A model generated the notes under the pieces. It saw nothing but the letters and a program-made list of their open reading frames with translations. It searched no databases and was not told the origin of the DNA. Positions 11,993 through 22,283 of a stretch of DNA of 64,000 nucleotides are shown here, one piece after another (the first letter of the stretch is position 1; every line of letters begins with the position of its first letter). This DNA is from Phormidium sp. (GTDB taxonomy: Bacteria > Cyanobacteriota > Cyanobacteriia > Cyanobacteriales > Aerosakkonemataceae). Where the stretch lies: positions 576,001 through 640,000 of the forward strand of contig CP143273.1 in the NCBI GenBank assembly GCA_051013385.1, read 5' to 3'. The translations under genes and the position numbers were made by a program.

Positions 11993-12688
11993 TTAAATTG
12001 GTAGGCGATTGATATCTTTATTAGAACCAATCACTACCATTGCTGAACCTTTTTCTAATCGTTTGTTGGGGTTAGGATTAATTTCAAACTTGCCATCCTG
12101 ACTGACAGCCAACATATTCACACCGTAGCGATTCCGCAGTTGTAATTCTGCTATAGTTTTACCGTGAAATCCATCGGGAATAATCAATTCCACGATACTA
12201 TTTTCCGGGTCTAGCTCAAATCTTTCGATGATGTTTGGTTTAGTTAAAGCTCGCGCCAAATTACAACCAGCTTCATGTTCTGGATAAATTACATGATCTG
12301 CACCAACTCTTTTTAAAAGCTTCACATGAACTTCCGAAGAAGCTTTGGCTACCACATGAGGAACACCAGCTTCCTTTAAATTGAGAGTGGTAATAATGCT
12401 TTCTTCTAGATAATTCCCGATCGCCACTATCACCGTATCAAACTCAAAAATTCCTGATTCTTTGAGTGCTGAAGGTTCAGTAGAATCTAGCTGCACCGCA
12501 TGAGAAAGTACCTGATCGGTTAATGCTTGGGAAACTCTTTTTTCATCTAAATCTGTTCCCATTACTTCGTATCCCATTTTATACAAGCTGGAACAGACAG
12601 CCCTACCAAAACGACCTAAACCAATTACAGCAAACTGGTTATTTCCTTTACGTAAATTGCGGAAAAAATTCAACGATGAAAGACTCAT
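11993..12688 (-). CDS. ktrA: K+ uptake regulatory subunit (KtrA/TrkA)
   Basis: VIGLGRFG Rossmann motif, RCK domains, adjacent to the KtrB gene. Confidence 0.93.
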   Translation of the reverse strand: MSLSSLNFFRNLRKGNNQFAVIGLGRFGRAVCSSLYKMGYEVMGTDLDEKRVSQALTDQVLSHAVQLDSTEPSALKESGIFEFDTVIVAIGNYLEESIITTLNLKEAGVPHVVAKASSEVHVKLLKRVGADHVIYPEHEAGCNLARALTKPNIIERFELDPENSIVELIIPDGFHGKTIAELQLRNRYGVNMLAVSQDGKFEINPNPNKRLEKGSAMVVIGSNKDINRLPI

Positions 12689-12755
12689 AATTTATGGTGA
12701 ATTTGAATTGATGGCTATTACTTTTTAGGCTAACAAAGTATGGGCAATATAAACA

Positions 12756-14090
12756 TTATCCCACTAAAAGAGTTTCTTCTGGATAATGCACTGATTTAGG
12801 ACGGGGATCTCCTAACAACGCTGCCATCAACAATAAAACTCCTACCCGACCGATGTACATAGTGGAAATTATCAGTAACTTTCCCACTACTGAGAGCTTA
12901 GCAGTAATTCCCGTCGAAAGACCGACTGTACCAAAAGCTGAGACAACTTCAAACAGAATTTGCAAAAAGTCGAATTCTCGATCGCTGAGGGAAATCAAAA
13001 TTGTCATTAGCAACACAGTAGTAATTGAACCAATCAATACACCAACCGCTTTTAAAATCAACGAAATTGCTATTTCGCGTTTATAGAGAACAACTTCTTC
13101 TTGCCCTTGTAAAATTGCTTTCGTTGCACTAGTGAGAATGCGAACAGTTGTAGTTTTTATCCCCCCGCCTGTACCTCCCGGACTAGCACCAAGAAACATC
13201 AGAGAAATAGTTAAAAATAACCCAGCAGTGGTCATTTTTCCGATATCAATCGTGTTAAATCCCGCAGTTCTGGGAGTTACAGATTGGAACCAAGCATTGA
13301 GTACTTTTTCCCCAAAATTCATCGGCCCAAATGTTCCTGGGTTTCTCCATTCGATAAAAAAGAAAGCAATTGTGCCAAAGACTAAAAGTATGATAGTTGT
13401 GCTAGTCGCAACTTTAAAATTTAAAGAGAATCTAATACAAGCTTTTTTGCCTTGGATGCGATCGCGCATCCACAAGAAAAGCTCAAAAATCACCCCATAG
13501 CCAATGCCGCCAAAAATAATCAATCCCGACACTACAGCAACTAACAAAACTGAGGATTGAAAGCCAATCAAATTATCGTTAAACAAACTAAACCCAGCAT
13601 TATTCCAAGAATTAACACTGTGAAAAATTGACAGCCACAAACCTTTACTGAGTCCATACTTGGGAGCAAACACAGGCATTAATAAGAAAATCCCTGTAAT
13701 TTCAAAAATCATTGTAGTGGCGATAACTGAGCGAATTAATTGGGGAGCTTCTTGCAATCCTGGGCGATCTAAAGCTTGTTGAATTGCCATTTTATGCCGT
13801 AAATCAAACCTGCGCCCTACCAGCAAAATTAGAAAAGTTGTTGTTGTCATATACCCCAGTCCCCCAATTTGAACTAGAGCAACCATAAACAACTGTCCCC
13901 AGAAGGAAAAATAGGTTCCCGGATCGACCACTGAAAGCCCAGTCACACAAACCGCAGAGGTAGAGGTAAACAATGCCACAATGGGGTCATTCCAATTCCC
14001 ACTGCTAGTCGAGAAAGGCATCATTAATAGAAGCGCTCCGACAGTGATTACAGCCAGAAAACCTAAACAAATAGTTCTAGATATGGTCAT
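12756..14090 (-). CDS. ktrB: K+ uptake membrane subunit (KtrB/TrkH)
   Basis: SAVCVTGLS, NNAGFS, RTAGFN, SAFGTVGLS pore loops. Confidence 0.95.
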   Translation of the reverse strand: MTISRTICLGFLAVITVGALLLMMPFSTSSGNWNDPIVALFTSTSAVCVTGLSVVDPGTYFSFWGQLFMVALVQIGGLGYMTTTTFLILLVGRRFDLRHKMAIQQALDRPGLQEAPQLIRSVIATTMIFEITGIFLLMPVFAPKYGLSKGLWLSIFHSVNSWNNAGFSLFNDNLIGFQSSVLLVAVVSGLIIFGGIGYGVIFELFLWMRDRIQGKKACIRFSLNFKVATSTTIILLVFGTIAFFFIEWRNPGTFGPMNFGEKVLNAWFQSVTPRTAGFNTIDIGKMTTAGLFLTISLMFLGASPGGTGGGIKTTTVRILTSATKAILQGQEEVVLYKREIAISLILKAVGVLIGSITTVLLMTILISLSDREFDFLQILFEVVSAFGTVGLSTGITAKLSVVGKLLIISTMYIGRVGVLLLMAALLGDPRPKSVHYPEETLLVG

Positions 14091-14175
14091 CGAGTGTTTA
14101 CTTAGTAGTCTTTTTGCAGCTTACTGCGTTTTGTGTACTTTAATCTAAAATCAAAAATCGAAAAATTAAAATCGA

Positions 14176-15084
14176 ATGACCTCCTCTGTTAGGCTAATTG
14201 TTAATGTTACAGAACTTAACACAGAGACATCTTCTATGCCATCTACCCTAAATCAAAGAATTCAGGAATTTTACGATGCTTCCTCTGGACTTTGGGAAAA
14301 AGTGTGGGGCGAACACATGCACCACGGTTACTATGGTTCGGAAGGAAACATCAAAAAGGAACGTCGTCAGGCGCAAATTGATTTGATTGAAGAACTCCTG
14401 AAATGGTCGGGAATACAGCAAGCTGAGAAAATTCTAGATGTTGGGTGCGGTATTGGGGGAAGTTCCTTATATTTGGCGCAAAAATATAATGCTACGGCTA
14501 CGGGAATTACCCTGAGTCCGGTTCAGGCTGCTAGGGCGACAGAACGGGCGGCGACAGCCGGAATGAGTGAAAAAACCCAGTTTTTAGTCGCAGATGCTTT
14601 GCAAATGCCTTTTGCTGATGCTTCTTTTGACTTTGTTTGGTCAATGGAAAGTGGCGAACACATGGCAGATAAAGAGCAATTTTTACGAGAATGTTATCGA
14701 GTATTAAAACCAGGTGGAACTTTTTTAATGGCTACTTGGTGTCATCGTCCAACTATGTCGCCAACTCAGCCATTAACGCCTGATGAACTACATCATTTGG
14801 CAGAAATTTATCAAGTTTATTGTTTACCATTCGTGATTTCTTTGCCAGAATATGAAGCGATCGCCAAAAATTTATCCTTCCACAACATCCGCACCGCAGA
14901 CTGGTCAAAAGCCGTCGCACCCTTTTGGAATGTCGTCATTGATTCAGTGTTTAATTTAGAAGCAATTATCGGCTTACTATTTTCCGGTTGGTCTACAATT
15001 CAAGGCGCAATGTCTCTGGGATTAATGCAGCGCGGATATGAACGCGGATTAATTAGATTCGGCTTACTCTGTGGCAACAAATAA
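14176..15084 (+). CDS. Gamma-tocopherol methyltransferase (start may be 14236)
   Basis: WGEHMHHGYY, LDVGCGIGGS, WSMESGEHM; adjacent to the HPT gene. Confidence 0.88.
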   Translation: MTSSVRLIVNVTELNTETSSMPSTLNQRIQEFYDASSGLWEKVWGEHMHHGYYGSEGNIKKERRQAQIDLIEELLKWSGIQQAEKILDVGCGIGGSSLYLAQKYNATATGITLSPVQAARATERAATAGMSEKTQFLVADALQMPFADASFDFVWSMESGEHMADKEQFLRECYRVLKPGGTFLMATWCHRPTMSPTQPLTPDELHHLAEIYQVYCLPFVISLPEYEAIAKNLSFHNIRTADWSKAVAPFWNVVIDSVFNLEAIIGLLFSGWSTIQGAMSLGLMQRGYERGLIRFGLLCGNK

Positions 15085-15093
15085 TCCCAAATT

Positions 15094-15185
15094 TACAAGC
15101 TGTAGAGACGTTTCATGAAACTACAAGCTGTAGAGACGTTTCATGAAACTACAAGCTGTAGAGACGTTTCATGAAACGTCTCTAC
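15094..15185. repeat. Three 28-bp tandem units ending in the palindrome GTAGAGACGTTTCATGAAACGTCTCTAC
   Basis: TACAAGCTGTAGAGACGTTTCATGAAAC at 15094, 15122 and 15150; related palindrome near 17955. Confidence 0.9.
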
Positions 15186-15314
15186 TACATTAATATACAC
15201 AGCATAAAAACTTCTATTTTAACAGAATTGATTGCCAATAAAAACCTCGATCGGAAGTTATCTTTTGATTAATATTTAGATTAAAATCAAGCGAGAAACC
15301 TGATTGAGAAAATA

Positions 15315-16298
15315 ATGAAAGAAATTAGACAAAAAACTTACTCATTTCCCGCTACAATTGTAGATTCTGCCAGTAACCAACCTGCAAAACCTTGGTTTTA
15401 TCCCTATTGGAAATTTTCCCGACCTCACACAGTCATTGGTACTACTTGCAGTGCGATCGGGCTGTATTTAATAGCGATCGCATCCGTAAATCACAATATT
15501 AACCTATCGCTACTGTGGCAATTGTTAGGCGCTTGGGTTGCTTGTCTTGGCGGCAACATTTACATAGTCGGATTAAATCAAATAGAAGACGTAGAAATTG
15601 ACAAAATCAATAAACCGCACTTGCCCTTAGCATCAGGAGAATTTACCCGCAAACAAGCAATCTTAATTATCAGCATTTCAGGAATTTTAGCCTTATTAAT
15701 AGCCGGATTAATGGGGCCATATCTCCTAGCAATGGTGGGAATTAGTTTAGCCATTGGCACAGCTTATTCCTTACCACCGATTAGATTAAAGCGATTTCCC
15801 TTTTGGGCAGCGATCTGTATTTTTACAGTGCGGGGAGCGATCGTCAACTTAGGACTATATCTACATTTTCGTTGGGTGTTGCAAGCCAAACAAATAATTC
15901 TTCCAGAAGTTTGGGCATTAACCTTATTTATTCTGGTGTTTACAATTGCGATCGCCATCTTTAAAGACATACCCGACCTCGAAGGCGACAAACAATACAA
16001 CATTACCACCTTCACCATTCAACTAGGACAAAAAACCGTCTTCAACCTCTCACTCTGGCTATTAAGCACCTGCTACTTAGGCATGATAATTGCGGGAATT
16101 TTGTGGCTACCTTCAGTTAATAGAATATTTCTAGTCATCACCCATCTGTTCACACTAGGCTTACTTTGGTGGCAAAGTCAAAAAGTAGATTTACCAGAGC
16201 AAACTGCGATCGGCAAATTCTATCAATTTATCTGGAAACTATTCTTCTTAGAATATCTCCTCTTTCCCCTAGCTTGCCTGCTCAAGTACAACAATTAA
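15315..16298 (+). CDS. Homogentisate phytyltransferase (UbiA family)
   Basis: FSRPHT, NQIEDVEIDKINKP, FKDIPDLEGD, FYQFIWKLF. Confidence 0.93.
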   Translation: MKEIRQKTYSFPATIVDSASNQPAKPWFYPYWKFSRPHTVIGTTCSAIGLYLIAIASVNHNINLSLLWQLLGAWVACLGGNIYIVGLNQIEDVEIDKINKPHLPLASGEFTRKQAILIISISGILALLIAGLMGPYLLAMVGISLAIGTAYSLPPIRLKRFPFWAAICIFTVRGAIVNLGLYLHFRWVLQAKQIILPEVWALTLFILVFTIAIAIFKDIPDLEGDKQYNITTFTIQLGQKTVFNLSLWLLSTCYLGMIIAGILWLPSVNRIFLVITHLFTLGLLWWQSQKVDLPEQTAIGKFYQFIWKLFFLEYLLFPLACLLKYNN

Positions 16299-16568
16299 CA
16301 ATTGACAGCATTACACTTAGCCGAATCAAAAACAGGTCATTCTTCAGGATGACCTATTATTCTATCCCAAGTTGGAGGAACCAATTTGGGATAGCTAGCA
16401 ATATTAAATCAAACCCAATAACTATCTTGGCTAAATTCGAGTATCTGCAAACCTTACTTTGTCAGAAAATGACTTAATTAAAAGTCAAAAGAGTTATTGG
16501 TAATCAAGCAAAAATACAAGTCCTTGCATCGACGATAACCTACTCGCCAGAAAGACCAGGAAAGATTA

Positions 16569-17060
16569 ATGGATAAAATACTTAGGAAAGGGAAAAAACT
16601 TACACAAACAGTAGCATTGCTGCTCACAACAACCTTAAGCGCACCAATACTTGCTTCTTGTGGAGGCTCAAATACAGCCAACCAAACTCCAGTTTACGAT
16701 AATCGTCCCACAGCACAAAATACTGCGAATAGAACTGCACCTGGAACACCCGCTAAACCCCAAGCCCGTCAAGGACTATCAACCGGACAAAAAGTAGCAA
16801 TTCTAGCTGGTGCGGCTGGACTTTATTATCTGTACAACCAGCACAAGAATAAACAAGAGCAAGGGGCAAAAGGCAGATATTATCTTTCCAAAAACGGGCG
16901 AGTCTATTATCGTGATGCTCAAGGTCGTGCTCAGTGGGTAACACCACCACCCGGAGGAATCAGAGTTCCAGAAGAACAAGCCCGACAATACCAAGACTTC
17001 CAAGGTTACAACGGAAGAACCACAGGCAGAGATCTCACAGACTTAGCTCCAGCACAATAA
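16569..17060 (+). CDS. Putative lipoprotein, hypothetical
   Basis: Lipobox-like LASC; YYLSKNGRVYYRD. Confidence 0.75.
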   Translation: MDKILRKGKKLTQTVALLLTTTLSAPILASCGGSNTANQTPVYDNRPTAQNTANRTAPGTPAKPQARQGLSTGQKVAILAGAAGLYYLYNQHKNKQEQGAKGRYYLSKNGRVYYRDAQGRAQWVTPPPGGIRVPEEQARQYQDFQGYNGRTTGRDLTDLAPAQ

Positions 17061-17188
17061 CCCATTTTGTAAGACTTTTCCGCATTAGTATCCAGCAAAG
17101 ATAAAGACCATTTGACAAATCAAGGCTATGTGGAAGTTCAACCATCTACACAGCCGTTTAACCAAAGCTTTAAATAGGAGAATGAATC

Positions 17189-17692
17189 ATGGTGGATGGA
17201 TTTTTCAGAAAAATCGGCGAAATCGCTTTTGGTTCCAATAATGACCAAGAGGATGAACAGGTATATCCAGCTAGCCAAGACCCTTATGGCGATCCCGCTG
17301 ATGTAGGAATGTATGGTGATGTGCGTCCTGCCAGTGAAGACCCCTACGGCGACCCCGCTGATGTAGGAATGTATGGTAATGTGCGTCCTGCCAGTGAAGA
17401 CCCCTACGGCGATCCAGCGGATACGGGGATGTTCGGTGATGTGCGTCCCGCCAGTGAAGACCCCTACGGCGATCCCGCTGATGTCGGAATGTTCGGTGAT
17501 GTGCGTCCTGCCAGTGAAGACCCTTACGGCGACCCAGCGGATATGGGAATGTCTGGCGGTGGTTATATGCCCGATCCTTATGCTGGCGACCCATATACCA
17601 ATCCCCAAGAAGAGGTAATGTCTCGCGGTGGTGAGTTTGGTGATGAAGACTACTACGAAGAGGAAGGCAACAATAGAAGGAATTCCTGGTAA
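17189..17692 (+). CDS. Acidic protein with 20-aa tandem repeats
   Basis: DVRPASEDPYGDPADVGM(Y/F)G about 5 times (60-bp DNA repeat); AGGAG RBS. Confidence 0.8.
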   Translation: MVDGFFRKIGEIAFGSNNDQEDEQVYPASQDPYGDPADVGMYGDVRPASEDPYGDPADVGMYGNVRPASEDPYGDPADTGMFGDVRPASEDPYGDPADVGMFGDVRPASEDPYGDPADMGMSGGGYMPDPYAGDPYTNPQEEVMSRGGEFGDEDYYEEEGNNRRNSW

Positions 17693-18162
17693 TTGTTCTG
17701 CCGAAGATTTGTTTGGAGACGCTAGCGGTCATTAGAGAGAGTGAGAGAGAGACAGTGGCAGATAATGCGACTGTCTTTTCTTTTAGTTCCCAAAATTTTG
17801 ATTGTTAAAGCTGGTATTTGCTTGGCAAAACTACTAGAGTAAATATAGAAAAGTAACCGTTTTCTCTCCAGAGATAGAGGCTTTTCCCAGGAAAAATTTT
17901 ATTGGCTACCAACCTAAAACAGGACAAAAAGCATTTTTTAGGAGACACGAGCCCGTAGAGACGTTGTATACAACGTCTGTACAGAAAACAGAATAATTTT
18001 CTTTCTCCTGTCTCCTGAGTTCTGTCTCCTGTCTTCTACCCTCATGCAACTATCCTGGCGAGAGAACGATAGCTATTGTAGTAACACAACGGAATATATT
18101 ATTTCTCAGCCTTATGCTGTCCAAAAAACATAAACTGAAAACCTACGGCGGAGGTCGCTACT

Positions 18163-18693
18163 ATGAATTTGAATCAAAAAATTACAGATACCGCCTGTGA
18201 TGCGGCGTTCACAGGAAAAGAAATTCATCCTTGGGATTCTGGCCCTGCGGTAGCAGAGTTGCAAGGACTTTTACGCGCTCACGGTTACACTATTAGAATT
18301 ATTGACGGAGACTTTGGTAGCTTGACAGAAGCCGCTGTCAGGTCATTTCAAAAAAAACACGGCTTAAGAATTAATGGCGTAGTCGGGCCGCAAACTTGGG
18401 CTGCTTTAAAATCTTCTGTGAAACCAGGAGCTCGTGTCCTCAGACAGGGGTACAGTGGTAGCGATGTATATGAATTACAAGGACTGTTGCAAGTCAATGG
18501 TTATGAGAGCAACCGAACTGGAATCTTTGATCGGAAGACTAAGTTAGCTATTAAGGACTTTCAACAAAAGCATAAATTAAAAGATAACGGCATCGTCAAT
18601 AGTATTACTTGGACATTATTGCGAGGCGGCTACCCTCAGCCTACTCCTTCTAAAGAGCCTTTTTGGTTATCCAATTTCCTGAAGTGGCGCTGA
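18163..18693 (+). CDS. Peptidoglycan-binding domain protein (two PG_binding_1 domains)
   Basis: DGDFGSLTEAAVRSFQ...GVVGPQTW pattern occurs twice. Confidence 0.9.
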   Translation: MNLNQKITDTACDAAFTGKEIHPWDSGPAVAELQGLLRAHGYTIRIIDGDFGSLTEAAVRSFQKKHGLRINGVVGPQTWAALKSSVKPGARVLRQGYSGSDVYELQGLLQVNGYESNRTGIFDRKTKLAIKDFQQKHKLKDNGIVNSITWTLLRGGYPQPTPSKEPFWLSNFLKWR

Positions 18694-18714
18694 GGTAGGT
18701 GCTCTTGGTGCAGG

Positions 18715-18858
18715 GGTGCTCCAGGAGCTCCAGGGGCTCCAGGGGCTCCTGGAGAATTTAAAACTTAAAACTCTCCAACTCTACAAAACTCAAAACTCAA
18801 AACTTAAAACTCTCCAACTCTACAAAACTCAAAACTCAAAACTCAAAACTCAAAACTT
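18715..18858. repeat. Short tandem repeats (GCTCCAGG(A/G) units and AAAACTC heptamers, STRR-like)
   Basis: Directly visible tandem units. Confidence 0.8.
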
Positions 18859-18934
18859 TACTGAGCCTTCTGCCTTTATTTGATTTGAGCGCTTAAACTA
18901 GGCTAAGAGTTATTGTTAAAACCTTTGTTTAAGA

Positions 18935-20602
18935 ATGTCTGAAAAACACAAGTCTATTCACCTGTTGCTGATTACGGTACTTTGCTGTGGCTTTGCTGCG
19001 GTTGGGTGTTCTTCTTCGCCGTCGAACTCGACGAATGCTACAAGTTCTGGGCAACCTAGTAGTTCAACTGCTACGACACCTGTTCCTAGTACTGTTCCGG
19101 CTGATCCTAATACGCCGAGTATTGCACAATCTAGTCCAGGTACAACGGCTGGGAGTTCAAGTGTAGAAAGTATTCCTAATATTAGCCTACCAAGTAATAT
19201 TGACCAATCAGCTACAACAGCTGCTGCACCTGCGTCTGGTAGTGCGGCTGATTTTTATCAAAAGGGAATTGCTAGTGCTCAACAAGGGGATCTTAAAAGT
19301 GCGGAAGAGTCTTGGCGTAAGTCTATTGAATTAGATCCGAAAAATTCGGTAGTTCATACTAATTTGGGGGTGCTGTTGCAGCGTCAGGGTAAGTTGGATG
19401 ATGCGGCTTCTCAATATCGGGAAGCTTTGCGTCTGAAGCCTGATGATGTGGAGACGGTGATGAAGTTGGCTGTGGCTTTGGGTGAACAGAAGAAGTTTGA
19501 TGAGTCGATCGCGCAATCACAAACAGCTATTCGTTTGCAGCCGGATTTTGCACCTGCTCACATTGTTTTAGCTATAGCTTTGTCTGAGCAAGGTAAGGCT
19601 GATGAAGCGATCGCAAGTTTGAAAAAAGCTCAGGGTTTATGGCAGAAACAAGGGCGAACAGAACAAGCTGTCGGCGTGCAAGCTCAGTTGGCTAATTTGT
19701 TAGGAAAACAAGGTAAATTCGCTGAAGCTAGAACCGAAATTCAACAAGCTATTGCACTCAAACCTGATTTTGCTCCGGCTCATATTTTGTTAGCAGAAAT
19801 TGCTCTGCGAGAAAATAAACCAGAGGAAGCTATTAGTAGTTTGCAAAAGGCTAAGGATTTATTTAAAAAGCAAAAACAAAACGATCAATTAGCCGCTACT
19901 CAATGGCAGTTGGCAATGCTCTTGGGAAGACAAAAAAAATTCGCCCAAGCTGGTACTCAAGCCAGAGAACTGTTGCGATTAAAGCCAGATTTTGCTCCGG
20001 CATATATGTTGGTGTCGGAAGTTGCCGTGCAACAAGGTAAACCAGCAGAAGCTGTCACTAATTTGCAAAAGGCTAGGGATTTGTGGAAAAAACAGCAACA
20101 AAATGACCAATTAGCAGCTACTCAAATGCAGTTGGCAGCGGTTTTGGCACAGCAAAAAAAATACTCGGAAGCTAGCACCCAAGTCAGAGAAGTGTTGCAG
20201 TTAAAGCCAGATTTTGCTCCCGCACATCTTTTGGTGTCGGAAATTGCTCTGCGACAAGGTAAACCAGCGGAGGCTGTAACTAGTTTGCAAAAGGCTAAGG
20301 ATTTGTTTAAAAAACAACAACAAAATGACCAATTAGCAGCGACTCAAATGCAGTTGGCTGTGGTTTTTGGACAGCAAAAGAAATACTCGGAAGCTAGTGC
20401 GGAAGCTAGAGAATTGTTACAATTAAAGCCAGATTTTGCTCCGGCTTATTTGGTATTAGGGGAAGTGGCAAAAGTCCAAAGTAATAATAGTGAGGCGATC
20501 GCTAATTTCCAAAAGGCTAAAGACTTATTTTCAAATCAGGGCAGAAATGAGGAAGCACAAAAAATTGATACCATGATCCAACAACTGAACACAAAGCAGT
20601 AA
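18935..20602 (+). CDS. TPR-repeat lipoprotein
   Basis: Lipobox AVGC, Ser/Thr-rich linker, repeated LKPDFAPA units. Confidence 0.88.
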   Translation: MSEKHKSIHLLLITVLCCGFAAVGCSSSPSNSTNATSSGQPSSSTATTPVPSTVPADPNTPSIAQSSPGTTAGSSSVESIPNISLPSNIDQSATTAAAPASGSAADFYQKGIASAQQGDLKSAEESWRKSIELDPKNSVVHTNLGVLLQRQGKLDDAASQYREALRLKPDDVETVMKLAVALGEQKKFDESIAQSQTAIRLQPDFAPAHIVLAIALSEQGKADEAIASLKKAQGLWQKQGRTEQAVGVQAQLANLLGKQGKFAEARTEIQQAIALKPDFAPAHILLAEIALRENKPEEAISSLQKAKDLFKKQKQNDQLAATQWQLAMLLGRQKKFAQAGTQARELLRLKPDFAPAYMLVSEVAVQQGKPAEAVTNLQKARDLWKKQQQNDQLAATQMQLAAVLAQQKKYSEASTQVREVLQLKPDFAPAHLLVSEIALRQGKPAEAVTSLQKAKDLFKKQQQNDQLAATQMQLAVVFGQQKKYSEASAEARELLQLKPDFAPAYLVLGEVAKVQSNNSEAIANFQKAKDLFSNQGRNEEAQKIDTMIQQLNTKQ

Positions 20603-20605
20603 TTT

Positions 20606-21352
20606 ATGTCGATTCAAGCAGGCAAAGTCTATATTGTTGGTGCAGGCCCAGGTGATTTAGATTACTTGACGGTGCGGGCACAAAAAGTGTTAATGCAAGC
20701 GGAAGTTTTAGTGTATGATGCTTTGGTGGATGCTCAACTTTTACAGTTAGTACCAACAAATTGTTGCCTGTTTGATGTGGGAAAACGTGGCGGGAAACCC
20801 AGCACAAAACAAGCTGAAATTAATTGCTTGCTAGTGGAAAAATGTCAGGAAGGAAAACAAGTAGTCCGGCTAAAAAGTGGCGATCCGTTTATTTTTGGTC
20901 GCACTACTTCGGAAATTCAAGCGTTGAAAAGTTCTGGTTGTAGTTTTGAAGTTATACCAGGTATTTCTTCGGCTTTAGCCGCACCTTTATTAGCCGGAAT
21001 TCCTTTGACCGATCCCGTGTTAAGTCGCTGTTTTGCCGTGTTTAGCGCCCATGAACCAGATGAGTTGGATTGGGAGGCAATCTCTCGGATGGAAACTTTG
21101 GTGATTTTAATGGGGGGGAGAAATCTTGGGGAAATTGTGAATAGGTTGCTGAGGTTTGGTCGATCGCCAAAAACCCCGATCGCCGTAATTCGTTGGGCGG
21201 GACATCCCGAACAACAAGTTTGGACAGCAGAACTGCAAAATGTCGTTCAGGTAACAGCTAATTTTTCTCTTTCGCCAGCAGTAATAGTAATCGGTGAGGT
21301 TGTAGGGTTACACCCCTATTTGCAAAGTGTTGATTCAGATCATATATTGTGA
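20606..21352 (+). CDS. cobA: Uroporphyrinogen-III C-methyltransferase
   Basis: VGAGPGD, VVRLKSGDPFIFGR, PGISS. Confidence 0.95.
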   Translation: MSIQAGKVYIVGAGPGDLDYLTVRAQKVLMQAEVLVYDALVDAQLLQLVPTNCCLFDVGKRGGKPSTKQAEINCLLVEKCQEGKQVVRLKSGDPFIFGRTTSEIQALKSSGCSFEVIPGISSALAAPLLAGIPLTDPVLSRCFAVFSAHEPDELDWEAISRMETLVILMGGRNLGEIVNRLLRFGRSPKTPIAVIRWAGHPEQQVWTAELQNVVQVTANFSLSPAVIVIGEVVGLHPYLQSVDSDHIL

Positions 21353-21408
21353 TCGCAGATTCAGTTAAACTGCTTAATTATCAAGATTGATCTGGAACTA
21401 ATAAAAAC

Positions 21409-22242
21409 GTGAATAATATTGACCCAGAACTTCCTTTGACAGGCACGACTATACTAGTAACTCGTGCGGCTGGACAATCAAGTGAGTTTTGCCAATTGTT
21501 GCAACAGCAAGGGGCAGTAGCGATCGAAATGCCCGCTTTAGAAATTACTCCTCCTTCGAGTTGGTTTGCTTTGGATGAAGCGATCGCCAATTTACACACT
21601 TTTGATTGGTTAATTCTCACTTCTACTAACGGTGTAGATTACTTCTTTCGTCGATTGCAAGATAAAGGACAAAATCCGCAAATTTTAAAGAAAGTAAAAA
21701 TTGCGGTTGTAGGAAAAAAAACTGCGGGATCTCTAGCACAATATGGCTTATCTCCTGACTTTATTCCGCCTGATTTTGTGGCAGATTCTTTAGTAGAACA
21801 TTTTCCAGAAGAGTTACCAAACCAACAGATTCTTTTTCCCAGAGTGGAAACAGGCGGGAGGGAAGTTTTAGTCCAAGAATTAACCGCTAAAGGTGCAAAA
21901 GTAGAAGAAGTTCCCGCTTATCAATCCGGTTGCCCTAGTTCAATTGCACCAGAAATTTTACAAGCATTACAGCAGAAATCTATAGATATCGTTAGTTTTG
22001 CTAGCTCCAAAACTGTGCAATGTTTTTATCAATTAGTCAAAGATAAATTAACATTAGATAAGTTACAAGAAATTACTGTGGCTTCCATTGGCCCCCAAAC
22101 CTCGAAAACTTGTCAACAGCTATTAGGAAAAGTTGACATAGAAGCAACAGAATACACCCTGGGTGGATTAAGTGAAGCAATTGTTAAATGGGTGATAAAT
22201 AAACGGGTTATTGCTGAGAGAAGCAAAAATACTTATTATTAA
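21409..22242 (+). CDS. hemD: Uroporphyrinogen-III synthase
   Basis: ILVTRA, LTSTNGV, FASSKTV, SIGPQT. Confidence 0.93.
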   Translation: MNNIDPELPLTGTTILVTRAAGQSSEFCQLLQQQGAVAIEMPALEITPPSSWFALDEAIANLHTFDWLILTSTNGVDYFFRRLQDKGQNPQILKKVKIAVVGKKTAGSLAQYGLSPDFIPPDFVADSLVEHFPEELPNQQILFPRVETGGREVLVQELTAKGAKVEEVPAYQSGCPSSIAPEILQALQQKSIDIVSFASSKTVQCFYQLVKDKLTLDKLQEITVASIGPQTSKTCQQLLGKVDIEATEYTLGGLSEAIVKWVINKRVIAERSKNTYY

Positions 22243-22283
22243 TCAGTAAGGGTTATGATAAAGATATTAGCGATCGCAAAGCA

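Noticed and set aside
15094..15185. Possible mini-CRISPR
   Set aside because: Units are contiguous with no unique spacers; it is a tandem REP-like palindrome
17138..17732. Alternative-frame repeat ORFs on both strands
   Set aside because: Shadows of the 60-bp repeat; the RBS and third-position variation favour 17189-17692
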